DNA from: Candidatus Hydrogenedentota bacterium
Lineage (GTDB): Bacteria > Hydrogenedentota > Hydrogenedentia > Hydrogenedentales > SLHB01
Direction of reading: 5' to 3'
Length of the DNA stretch: 10,092 bases
NCBI GenBank assembly: GCA_034408725.1
Contig: JAWXCN010000242.1
Location: 1 to 10,092, forward strand
In this document: positions 1-6,986 of the stretch, one piece after another
How the letters are laid out: every line of letters starts with the position of its first letter
How positions within the stretch are numbered: position 1 is the first letter of the stretch
Translations under genes and position numbers: made by a program
The notes under the pieces: model-generated
Database searches by the model: none
What the model was told of the DNA's origin: nothing
Seen by the model: the letters and a program-made list of their open reading frames with translations, nothing else

Positions 1-299
1 ACGTGCTCCTGTAGCCTCCAAATTTATTGAGGCATTCGCGTATCCGAAGTGAAAGCGGCGCTGACACGCCGCAGTCCAAGGTGGCCACTAGACGTCCAAA
101 ACCCGCGCGGAGCGCCTTGGGGTGCGGTAGCGGGTAGCTGCCGCTTTCCCTTTCCCGGGCATGGTCGCGTCACAATTGAGCGAGATTGCCCTGGCTTTGA
201 TTCACGTGCTCCTGTAGCCTCCAAATTTATTGAGGCATTCGCGAATCCGAAGTGAAAGCGGCGCTGACACGCCGCAGTCCAAGGCGGCCAACTGACGTC
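1..299. repeat. Tandem direct repeat, ~203-bp period (copy 1 from 1, possibly truncated by the window edge; partial copy 2 from 204), built from REP-like hairpins
   Basis: 1-87 matches 204-290 with 2 mismatches (pos 41 T/A, pos 82 T/C); similarity continues to GACGTC at 91-96 and 294-299. Lies downstream of the methyltransferase stop codon. Confidence 0.95.
52..147. repeat. Inverted pair of REP-like palindromes (REPIN/BIME-like doublet)
   Basis: 52-79 AAAGCGGCG-CTGACA-CGCCGCAGTCCAA and, in the opposite orientation, 117-147 TTGGGGTGCGGTAGCGGGTAGCTGCCGCTTT. Further copies at 255-282 and 4715-4745. Confidence 0.75.
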
Positions 300-321
300 G
301 CGGTTGCCTCCCTGGTTTCGC

Positions 322-945
322 CTATGCAGTGCGGGTCCAAACTCCGGTGTCCGTTACGCCGCTGGTGAAATTCCGGTAAGTCCAGTTTCCAAGCGCAATG
401 CTCACGTCTTTCCACAGTTTCGTAAACGGCGCCGCTCCACGTGGCAGCGCGCGCGGCGCGCGCGAACCCGAAGGTAAATATCGATGGACATCATCAACAA
501 TTAATATCCCGTTCACGCGAATTTTCGGCAACGCCGCCCAGGCGCAGGCATCGCGCCGGTCTGATAGTCCGTCCACCAGTACGAAGTCGAGGCTCTCGTC
601 CGCCACTGCGCAAATCGCGTGTTCATAACGCGATTCCGACGCCGGAACGCAATGCAACGTCACATTGGCAACCGGGCGCGCGTGTACGGCGCGTTGAACC
701 CGCGCGTACCATGCTTCGTCGTGCTCAATGCTGGTCATCGCGCTAACCCGTGAAGAAAACCACACCGTACTGCGGCCCGCGCCCCATTCGAACCCCACGT
801 GCTCCGGTTTCAACCACGACTCGAGCATCCGCACTGCCTCCGGCACAATCCACGGCGCTCCGGGATAACAGAAAGTGTACAGAGCAAGTTTGGCCCGGTC
901 TTTCGCGTACGCAGCGTTCCAATGAGAAAAAGACCGCACCCTCAC
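322..945 (-). CDS. Class I SAM-dependent methyltransferase (Methyltransf_24-like)
   Basis: Motif I FEWGAGRST, acidic SIEHD, DFVLVDG and GILIVDD, with an upstream PWI motif. Start placed at GTG 945 (or 939), just after the upstream stop at 953-955; the ORF-track start at 1023 overlaps the upstream gene. Confidence 0.8.
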   Translation of the reverse strand: MRVRSFSHWNAAYAKDRAKLALYTFCYPGAPWIVPEAVRMLESWLKPEHVGFEWGAGRSTVWFSSRVSAMTSIEHDEAWYARVQRAVHARPVANVTLHCVPASESRYEHAICAVADESLDFVLVDGLSDRRDACAWAALPKIRVNGILIVDDVHRYLPSGSRAPRALPRGAAPFTKLWKDVSIALGNWTYRNFTSGVTDTGVWTRTA

Positions 946-952
946 CGCTTCC

Positions 953-1987
953 CTAACGGCCTTGGGCGAACGCGGCCGCCGCATCCGCCGCGCCGTACGT
1001 TTGCGCATCGCCTTCATGAACAATGACGCGGTATCGCAACGCGAAACTTTCGCCCGGGTTTAACGTATGCGACGCGGTATGCGGCCACGACGCGCCCAGA
1101 AAACCGTAGTGACGAAGCATCCAGCCGGGATGCGGATAGCCGGGATTGTCACGATGTTGAATCATGGTGACTCCCCGCTTTTGCCCGGTTCCCCAGGATA
1201 TATCAACCCACGGCGTCTCGCAGGACATACGGTCGTCACTCACACGCCCCTCCGCCGCGGTGAACGTGAACGGGGTGTTCGCAGCATCTGGCCGATAACA
1301 GAACCCACCATATCCCTTGGCGCCCGCGCCCGCGCTTCCTGCCGCCGCCGCCGATCCCTGAAAGACAACATCAGCGTCCACGATGTTCTTGAAGCTTAGA
1401 TCAAAATCGATAACCCGCTGGCCGTCTTTCAACGCATGCACCATCAGCCAGGCGCGCTCCTCGATCGGCGCGAACCCGTCGTCATCAAACCGCCAGACGT
1501 TCTGCGCCTGTACACGGAATAGCGTGCGGGACGAATCCATGCCCGACCAACGCTGGAACACCGTTCTTGCCCCGTCGAGTTCCCAGACGTTCAGTTTGCG
1601 GTCATTGACGCTACAGTTTGGCCACGCCCAGAATATGCCCCGGTGATGGTGGTGGTCCGCCGGAAAGTCTTCGGTAACGACGCTACCGTCGGGACCGTGG
1701 ACCGGGTGCAGGTAATTCGCGCGCCGGAATTTTTCAGAAACACCCGTCGGGGGAGCCACCGGCGCGTAGTTATAGACGAATACCGGTTTTCCACCTTCCA
1801 TCACGATCAGGCGCTGTTCATCGTCGCTCGTCGTGAAAGGTGACAGCAGCTCCACCCCTGCGAATGCACCGGCGCAGCCAAAAGCCAAACCTGGGACCAA
1901 AAGTGAATGCGACGCCATCCCCGCCGCAAGCGCCGATTTCAAGGCATCGCGCCGGGTAATCTCAAAATCATGTTTGGTTGTCTTCAA
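953..1987 (-). CDS. DUF6807 / 'PmoA-family' (PF14100-like) exported protein with a twin-arginine signal peptide; not a true methane monooxygenase subunit
   Basis: Recognised family motifs YLHPV..PDG..VTEDFPADHHHHRGIFWAW, KGYGGF.YR and W..R.YGFLG. N-terminal TRRDALK plus a hydrophobic stretch. Start uncertain (TTG 1987, ATT 2002 or ATG 2032). Confidence 0.8.
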   Translation of the reverse strand: MKTTKHDFEITRRDALKSALAAGMASHSLLVPGLAFGCAGAFAGVELLSPFTTSDDEQRLIVMEGGKPVFVYNYAPVAPPTGVSEKFRRANYLHPVHGPDGSVVTEDFPADHHHHRGIFWAWPNCSVNDRKLNVWELDGARTVFQRWSGMDSSRTLFRVQAQNVWRFDDDGFAPIEERAWLMVHALKDGQRVIDFDLSFKNIVDADVVFQGSAAAAGSAGAGAKGYGGFCYRPDAANTPFTFTAAEGRVSDDRMSCETPWVDISWGTGQKRGVTMIQHRDNPGYPHPGWMLRHYGFLGASWPHTASHTLNPGESFALRYRVIVHEGDAQTYGAADAAAAFAQGR

Positions 1988-2009
1988 TCCAAAATCTAAA
2001 ATCCAAAAT
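1986..2009. repeat. Heptamer short tandem repeat (AATCCAA/AATCTAA x ~3.4)
   Basis: AATCCAA-AATCTAA-AATCCAA-AAT read directly from the sequence. Confidence 0.85.
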
Positions 2010-2164
2010 TCCTCCAAGTCGCTCTCCAACATCCTAACGCCAGGCCGCATCGGCCACAAACTACGAAAAGTGTAGCGCATTCTTTCCACCATAGACACGA
2101 AATAACTTGAATTGGCGTCCAGCTTTCGGCAACCTTGTCTATATTAAATCGTAGGAGTCGCCTT

Positions 2165-4627
2165 ATGCCGAGCAGCGACCTTGCGCCGCTTCGGATTTAT
2201 TGTGTTTGCGGACAGAAGATGAAGGTGTCCGAAGACATGTATGGACGCCCAGGCAAATGCGTTGCCTGCCGCCAGAAGATTCGCATTCCACGACCGGACG
2301 AACTTCCCGAAAACACCGGCGTCATTCATCTCAAGGACTACCCCCAGTTTCTCCGCAAGGTGAAAAAATCCGCATCGCGCGACCATGCGCACATTAACGA
2401 AGAAATCGAAGTCGCGCCCCTGCCGGACCTCGAACACAACGGAAAAGCTCGCAAGGCCATGGGCCCGCTCGACATTTTGGAGCCGCTTAGGACCATTCAT
2501 AGTCTCCTGACGAAGATCGAGCGGCGGATGGCCGCGCTTAAAACAGGCAAAGACGAAAACGGCAGCGAGGACGCAGCGAAACGCGACCCCAAATTCGCCG
2601 AACTACTTGCCAGACGCTCGAAAGTGCGCGCCGCACAGCAGGACCTCGAAGAAGAGCTTCGGCAGCGCCTCATGGAAACTGCAATCGAGCTGTCCGCCAC
2701 GCAGGAAAAGATCGCCGAGCTCAATCTCGGTGTGCGCGTAGGCGAGATAACGTTCGACGAGTACCGTGCGCAAGTAGACCGCATCCGGCGGCGCCGCGAC
2801 AACCATGAGCGACGGCAGACAAATCTTCGCGGATGGCTTACCGTCGATGACGCCTATGGCGCCGGCGGCTACGTCGATATGCCAATTGATCACGTCCCGA
2901 GGAATACGTCTCGTATCGCCTTCTCGAACGAAATTGACGATAGCGTCACGCTGTTCGACGCGCATGTCGATGGCTTGCGCCATGCATTGGCGCGGCGCGC
3001 AAACGCCGAACGGAAACTCAACGAAGTCAAAAAAATGAAACCCGGCGTTCTGAGCGAGCGGGGTTCAATGGAAGAACTAAGGGCCGAAGCCCGCGCCGAC
3101 CTTGAGCGCTCACGCGCACTCGTTCAATATTCGCGCGAAAGACTTGAACAACTCGCCGATGATTGCTCGAACGACGTGCAAGCGGCCGAAGCCCAGCTTG
3201 ACCACATGCGCGGCCGGTTGCAGGCCGGACAAATAAAAAGGGAAGTCTTCACCGTTGCGGAAGACTCCCTGACCCGCGCGAAAATCGATCTCACCAAGGC
3301 GCGCGCACTTGTCGTCCGCGCGCTCAACGCCAATAACGCCGAAGAAGTTCCACGCGCGCGCGGCACCTTTGTCGCGCGCCTTGCACGAGGAAGACCCGGC
3401 CTTCGCGCCCCAATGGACGCATGGGTCGCGTGGGCGGGCGCGGCGCTCGTGTTGCTGTCACTTTTCATTCCCATTGCCAATGGCGCAACGCCGCTTCAAC
3501 TCATGCGTATCGGGGCCTCCCAGGCCGCCAGCACGCACTGGTTCGCGACATTTCCCATTCTGATTGCAGTGATTGCCGCGGCAGCTTCGCTGATACCCGG
3601 TATTTCGGCGCGCGGGCTGGCGTATTGCGCGGTATGGCTGATGGGCAGCCTGTTGGCCGCCGCATTCGTGCATGAAGCGAGATATAGCAGCACCCCCGCG
3701 GCAGCGGCCCTGCACATTGGCGGCCCAATGCTCCTGCGGCCAGGAATACTCGTATACAGCATTGGCTTGCTTGGAGTCGCAGCGGCAGCGTGCATGGCGC
3801 TTCTCACCACGCGCGACGGACGCCGCGTCCTCCCCATTGCCGCAATCGCGTCACTGGCCGGTCTTGGCGCGGTCGCAACCGACATGGGCGGGATTCGTGT
3901 TCCGAATCCTGAAATGCGCGTGCAAACCAAATTGCTCGTCGATTCCATACCCGCAGTTCACGAAGCCACCGTCTCCATCGTCAATACCGGCGGACGCGAA
4001 CTCGTGCTCGCCAGAAACTCCACCGCCGCCAACGCGTATCAATTCTCCGTCGAGCGCCGCATCGGAAAAAATTCCGGGATTGATGTCAATCCACCCGTGA
4101 GTATCATCGTTGGGCAGACTCCCGTGCCAAGTGGCGGCGTCCCGCTCCCGCGTATCCCCGTGACGCAAGGACAAGCCGCGACATTCGTGTACCACCTGCC
4201 GCAAGGAGACTATCGGGTTACGTTGCAAGGCGTGCGCAACGCCGACCGGCAAGAGAATTCGTTCTCACTCGAATCGCTTCCCGCCGCGGAAACGATCCCG
4301 AATCCACCGGCATCCGAAACAGCGCAAATGGCTACACCGGCAGCGGCGCAACAATCACCAGGCGTCCTGACAGAAGCCTTGTCCGCATCTGTGTCACTGC
4401 GCGGCGTCGTGGTTGCGGGCAATCGTCCCGCGCAATTCTCTATCAGCGTAACGCTGCCGGATGGCGCGATGAAGGAACAATCCTACGCCATCGGAGACGA
4501 AGTGTTTACCGGTTGGAGAATCACAGAGTTCAATCCGGAAGAGCAGACCGTGACAATTGCGCGCGGCTCGCGCATCGTAATTCTACGGCGTGGGGAACCC
4601 CAACTGCTCGATCCCCGCGGATTGTAA
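2165..4627 (+). CDS. Hypothetical multidomain membrane protein: N-terminal Zn ribbon, long coiled coil, ~5 TM helices, Ig-like domain, C-terminal PilP/GspC-like beta domain
   Basis: 820-aa ORF with SD AGGAG at 2153-2157 before ATG 2165. CVCG...KCVAC at the N-terminus; E/R/L/A-rich heptads; five hydrophobic segments at ~3418-3880; beta-rich C-terminus (LRGVV...YAIGDEVFTGWRITEFNPEEQTVTI). Domain calls are by eye. Confidence 0.85.
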   Translation: MPSSDLAPLRIYCVCGQKMKVSEDMYGRPGKCVACRQKIRIPRPDELPENTGVIHLKDYPQFLRKVKKSASRDHAHINEEIEVAPLPDLEHNGKARKAMGPLDILEPLRTIHSLLTKIERRMAALKTGKDENGSEDAAKRDPKFAELLARRSKVRAAQQDLEEELRQRLMETAIELSATQEKIAELNLGVRVGEITFDEYRAQVDRIRRRRDNHERRQTNLRGWLTVDDAYGAGGYVDMPIDHVPRNTSRIAFSNEIDDSVTLFDAHVDGLRHALARRANAERKLNEVKKMKPGVLSERGSMEELRAEARADLERSRALVQYSRERLEQLADDCSNDVQAAEAQLDHMRGRLQAGQIKREVFTVAEDSLTRAKIDLTKARALVVRALNANNAEEVPRARGTFVARLARGRPGLRAPMDAWVAWAGAALVLLSLFIPIANGATPLQLMRIGASQAASTHWFATFPILIAVIAAAASLIPGISARGLAYCAVWLMGSLLAAAFVHEARYSSTPAAAALHIGGPMLLRPGILVYSIGLLGVAAAACMALLTTRDGRRVLPIAAIASLAGLGAVATDMGGIRVPNPEMRVQTKLLVDSIPAVHEATVSIVNTGGRELVLARNSTAANAYQFSVERRIGKNSGIDVNPPVSIIVGQTPVPSGGVPLPRIPVTQGQAATFVYHLPQGDYRVTLQGVRNADRQENSFSLESLPAAETIPNPPASETAQMATPAAAQQSPGVLTEALSASVSLRGVVVAGNRPAQFSISVTLPDGAMKEQSYAIGDEVFTGWRITEFNPEEQTVTIARGSRIVILRRGEPQLLDPRGL

Positions 4628-4668
4628 ATACTCATCGCCTCTGCCCTGCTCCTGACCAAAGAAATTGC

Positions 4669-4856
4669 CAGGGCAATCGCGCTTGATTGCGAAGCGATCT
4701 TGCCCAGGAAATGGAAAGCGGCAGCTACCCGCAGCCGCACTCCAAGGCGCTCCGCGCGGATTTCGGACGTCATTTGGCTGGGCGTAGCGCCGTTCCCCCG
4801 ACAGCGCCGCTTTTCGTTGGCGTCAGGTTATTCGGGACTTAAGCGCGATTGCACTG
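4669..4856. mobile_element. MITE (non-autonomous element, 188 bp) with ISAs1-like ends and a 10-bp target-site duplication
   Basis: Left TIR CAGGGCAATCGCGCTT (4669-4684) and right TIR AAGCGCGATTGCACTG (4841-4856) are 15/16 complementary. The perfect direct repeat AAGAAATTGC abuts both ends (4659-4668, 4857-4866). No transposase ORF. Related sequence at 91-193. Confidence 0.85.
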
Positions 4857-4988
4857 AAGAAATTGCTCTGGCGCGACATGCCGCACTTACTGTAAACTGA
4901 TCTCTGGGAAGAAATTGCGAGTGGAAAGTGGGTCCACACGCACTCGTTGTTAAATCTGGACCATTCCGTCGTGCGGAGCATGAAGTTT

Positions 4989-6413
4989 ATGACGGCAAAT
5001 CCCCGGCCCCTGCTGGAACAGCTCTTGGACAGCCGTGACGATACCGATATCATGGTCGCCGCCCGCGAACTTGCACCGCGAATAGATTTGGCCCTGCTTT
5101 CCGCCCGTCTTCTCGTCGATCTCCTTGACACGGGCTCCGCGGCGCGCGCCGCAGCGGCCGCCTTCATTCTTGGCGAATGGGCCGAACACGCGCGCGCTGC
5201 CTCGCCGAACCTCGTCTCCGCGTTGCGAAAAAACACCCGCCATCCAAACGTTACCGTGCGCCACTGGTGCATTACCGCGCTCATGCGTCTCGGCGCAAGC
5301 GCGGCGGGGGCGGTGTCCGAACTCGCGGACAGCCTGCGCGACCCCGATGACGGTGTGCGCGCCATAAGCGCGCACGCACTCGGCGGGCTCGGCAGGTTGG
5401 CGACGGGAGCGGTCCCCAAATTACTGATTGCAGTCTTCGATGACGCTGAAGAGGTGCGGCAAGCCGCTATCGCGGCACTCGTCCGCATCGATCCGCACGG
5501 AAATCGATATGTCCGGGAATTGGCCAGCGGCCTTGGGTCGCCATCCTCGCGCGCGCGGCAGTCCGCGATCGAGGCGCTCACCCGCATGCGCACTGCCGCC
5601 CTGCCAGCCGTACAGGCGCTCTGCGAACGAATGCACGATGAAAACGCCGCCGTCCGCCGAAAAACTGTCTATGCTCTCGTCTGCATCCTGCCCCCCGAAC
5701 GCGCGCTGCTTCACACGCTGGGGGTCGCCATGCATGACACGGACGAAGACGTGCGCATGGAAGCCTTGCGCGGATTCCGTGGATTTACCCATGCCGCGGC
5801 AGACGCCGCGCCGTATGTGATGGGCGCGCTGCGGGACAGCGCTCCGCGCATCCGGTTTTTCGCGTTGGAAATTCTAGAACGCATGACGCCTGACCTTGGC
5901 CCCATGATTGCTGCGGTCCGTGTTGCCATTGGTCACTGCCTGCACGATTCGTCCATGCTCGTGCAGACACGCGCCGTCCAAGCCAGTGGACGGCTCGCGC
6001 AATGGACCCATCCCGCGGACCCGCGCCTGCTCAATGCCTTGTTCGAGTCCGACGGCGCCCTGCGTCTTGCCGCGACGCGGGCCCTCGCCCAAATGCACAA
6101 TGATCCAGCCGCCCTTGACGCGCTTCGATTCCGGCTTGCCGATGAACGGGCCGACGTGCGAGCGGCCGCATGCCGCGCATTGGTGGAATTGGGCGAGCGC
6201 CCTTCAGCCATCATCCCCTCCCTCCTCCAGGCCTTGGGCGACTCAGACCTGGAGATTCAGCGAGAGGCCCTGGCGATTCTCGAAGTTATTGGGGCCGATG
6301 CTTACGACGCGCTTGATGCAGTCGCTGCGAAAAGGTCGGACAGCAATTTGGACATTCGCAATGCCGCGGACCGCGCATCGGCAAGCATCCTCCGCAAACC
6401 TGAAGCTGTTTAG
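4989..6413 (+). CDS. HEAT-repeat (HEAT_2/PBS-lyase-like) protein
   Basis: About 12 repeats of L-x-D-x-x-x-x-VR-x-x-A-x-x-AL (e.g. LRDPDDGVRAISAHALG, LADERADVRAAACRAL). GGAG at 4975-4978 favours ATG 4989; ATG 4980 is an alternative. Confidence 0.9.
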   Translation: MTANPRPLLEQLLDSRDDTDIMVAARELAPRIDLALLSARLLVDLLDTGSAARAAAAAFILGEWAEHARAASPNLVSALRKNTRHPNVTVRHWCITALMRLGASAAGAVSELADSLRDPDDGVRAISAHALGGLGRLATGAVPKLLIAVFDDAEEVRQAAIAALVRIDPHGNRYVRELASGLGSPSSRARQSAIEALTRMRTAALPAVQALCERMHDENAAVRRKTVYALVCILPPERALLHTLGVAMHDTDEDVRMEALRGFRGFTHAAADAAPYVMGALRDSAPRIRFFALEILERMTPDLGPMIAAVRVAIGHCLHDSSMLVQTRAVQASGRLAQWTHPADPRLLNALFESDGALRLAATRALAQMHNDPAALDALRFRLADERADVRAAACRALVELGERPSAIIPSLLQALGDSDLEIQREALAILEVIGADAYDALDAVAAKRSDSNLDIRNAADRASASILRKPEAV

Positions 6414-6444
6414 TGCATGCCTTCGATGGCGGGCGAAACACTGC

Positions 6445-6479
6445 GAAAAGAAACGCGCCCGGCCATTAGAACCGGGCGC
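6445..6479 (-). terminator. Rho-independent terminator downstream of the tatA genes (possibly also serving the convergent HEAT gene)
   Basis: Stem GCGCCCGG (6455-6462) / CCGGGCGC (6472-6479), followed on the minus strand by GTTTCTTTT; lies between convergent genes. Confidence 0.75.
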
Positions 6480-6500
6480 AGAATAATCGTCGCGTAAAAC

Positions 6501-6683
6501 CTACAAGTCTTTTGGATCGGAATCCAGTTTCTCCGGGTCTTTGGACTTTACGCTGTCCTTGAACTCCGTAATCGACTGTCCCACCGATCGTGCAAGCGAC
6601 GGCAGGCGGTTGGCGCCGAAAAACAATAGTATGACGCCCAAAACAAGCATCAACTCCCAACCAGTCGGTATCCAATACCACAT
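6501..6683 (-). CDS. tatA: Twin-arginine translocase TatA/TatE family subunit (copy 2)
   Basis: MWYWIPTGWELMLVLGVILLFFGANRLPSLARSVGQSITEFK: TM helix, FG hinge, LP..ARS.G..I.EFK amphipathic helix. SD GGAG upstream. Confidence 0.92.
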   Translation of the reverse strand: MWYWIPTGWELMLVLGVILLFFGANRLPSLARSVGQSITEFKDSVKSKDPEKLDSDPKDL

Positions 6684-6711
6684 ATCTGTTACTCCACCCT
6701 AAACCCTGGCG

Positions 6712-6891
6712 TCATGCGCCCGGATTCGGGTTGTCGGAAGGATCGTCTTTCTTCTTCAACCCATCCTTAAATTCCGTTATCGCCGTGCCGACGGAGCGGC
6801 CCAATTGCGGAAGTTTGGACGGACCAAAAATCACGAGCACCACCAGAAGGATAAGAATCCACTCTGCACCACCGGGCAAACCGAAGGGCAT
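6712..6891 (-). CDS. tatA: Twin-arginine translocase TatA/TatE family subunit (copy 1; 59 aa, absent from the ORF track)
   Basis: Manual translation MPFGLPGGAEWILILLVVLVIFGPSKLPQLGRSVGTAITEFKDGLKKKDDPSDNPNPGA*. Strong SD GGAGGT upstream of ATG 6891; canonical FGPxKLP..GRS.G..I.EFK. Confidence 0.93.
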   Translation of the reverse strand: MPFGLPGGAEWILILLVVLVIFGPSKLPQLGRSVGTAITEFKDGLKKKDDPSDNPNPGA

Positions 6892-6956
6892 CGCACAGCA
6901 CCTCCACCTCGGGGGAAACGCCCCGCGGGAAAATTGATACGCCTTTATTCGTAATC

Positions 6957-6986
6957 AGTATATGCTGGCCGTGCAATTGCATGCAA
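6957..6986 (-). promoter_or_regulatory. Candidate sigma70 promoter for the tatA pair
   Basis: Minus strand TTGCAT (6986-6981), N18, TATACT (6962-6957), ~65 bp upstream of the tatA start. Confidence 0.4.

Noticed and set aside
1-299. CRISPR array
   Set aside because: The repeated segment is ~90 nt with a 203-bp period and only two copies; the intervening sequence is itself a repeat-family member; no cas genes are present.
24-415. Short ORFs in the track (24-224 -, 49-255 +, 227-415 -)
   Set aside because: They are translations of the repeat (shared LGLRRVSAAFTSD) with no protein-family features.
446-464. GCGCGCGCGGCGCGCGCG alternating GC run
   Set aside because: Lies inside the methyltransferase CDS (SRAPRAL); expected in GC-rich coding DNA.
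953-1987. Particulate methane monooxygenase (pmoA)
   Set aside because: Soluble Tat-signal protein without the multiple TM helices of true PmoA, and no pmoC/pmoB nearby; only the family name is shared.
4483-5593. ORFs overlapping the MITE (4483-4773 -, 4700-4900 +, 4823-5593 -) as a possible transposase
   Set aside because: No DDE or HUH motifs; they are shadow frames of the real genes or translations of the palindromes.
5908-6486. 192-aa alternative-frame ORF and the other long antisense ORFs
   Set aside because: They overlap well-supported genes and have the Arg/Pro/Ser-rich composition typical of GC-rich shadow frames.
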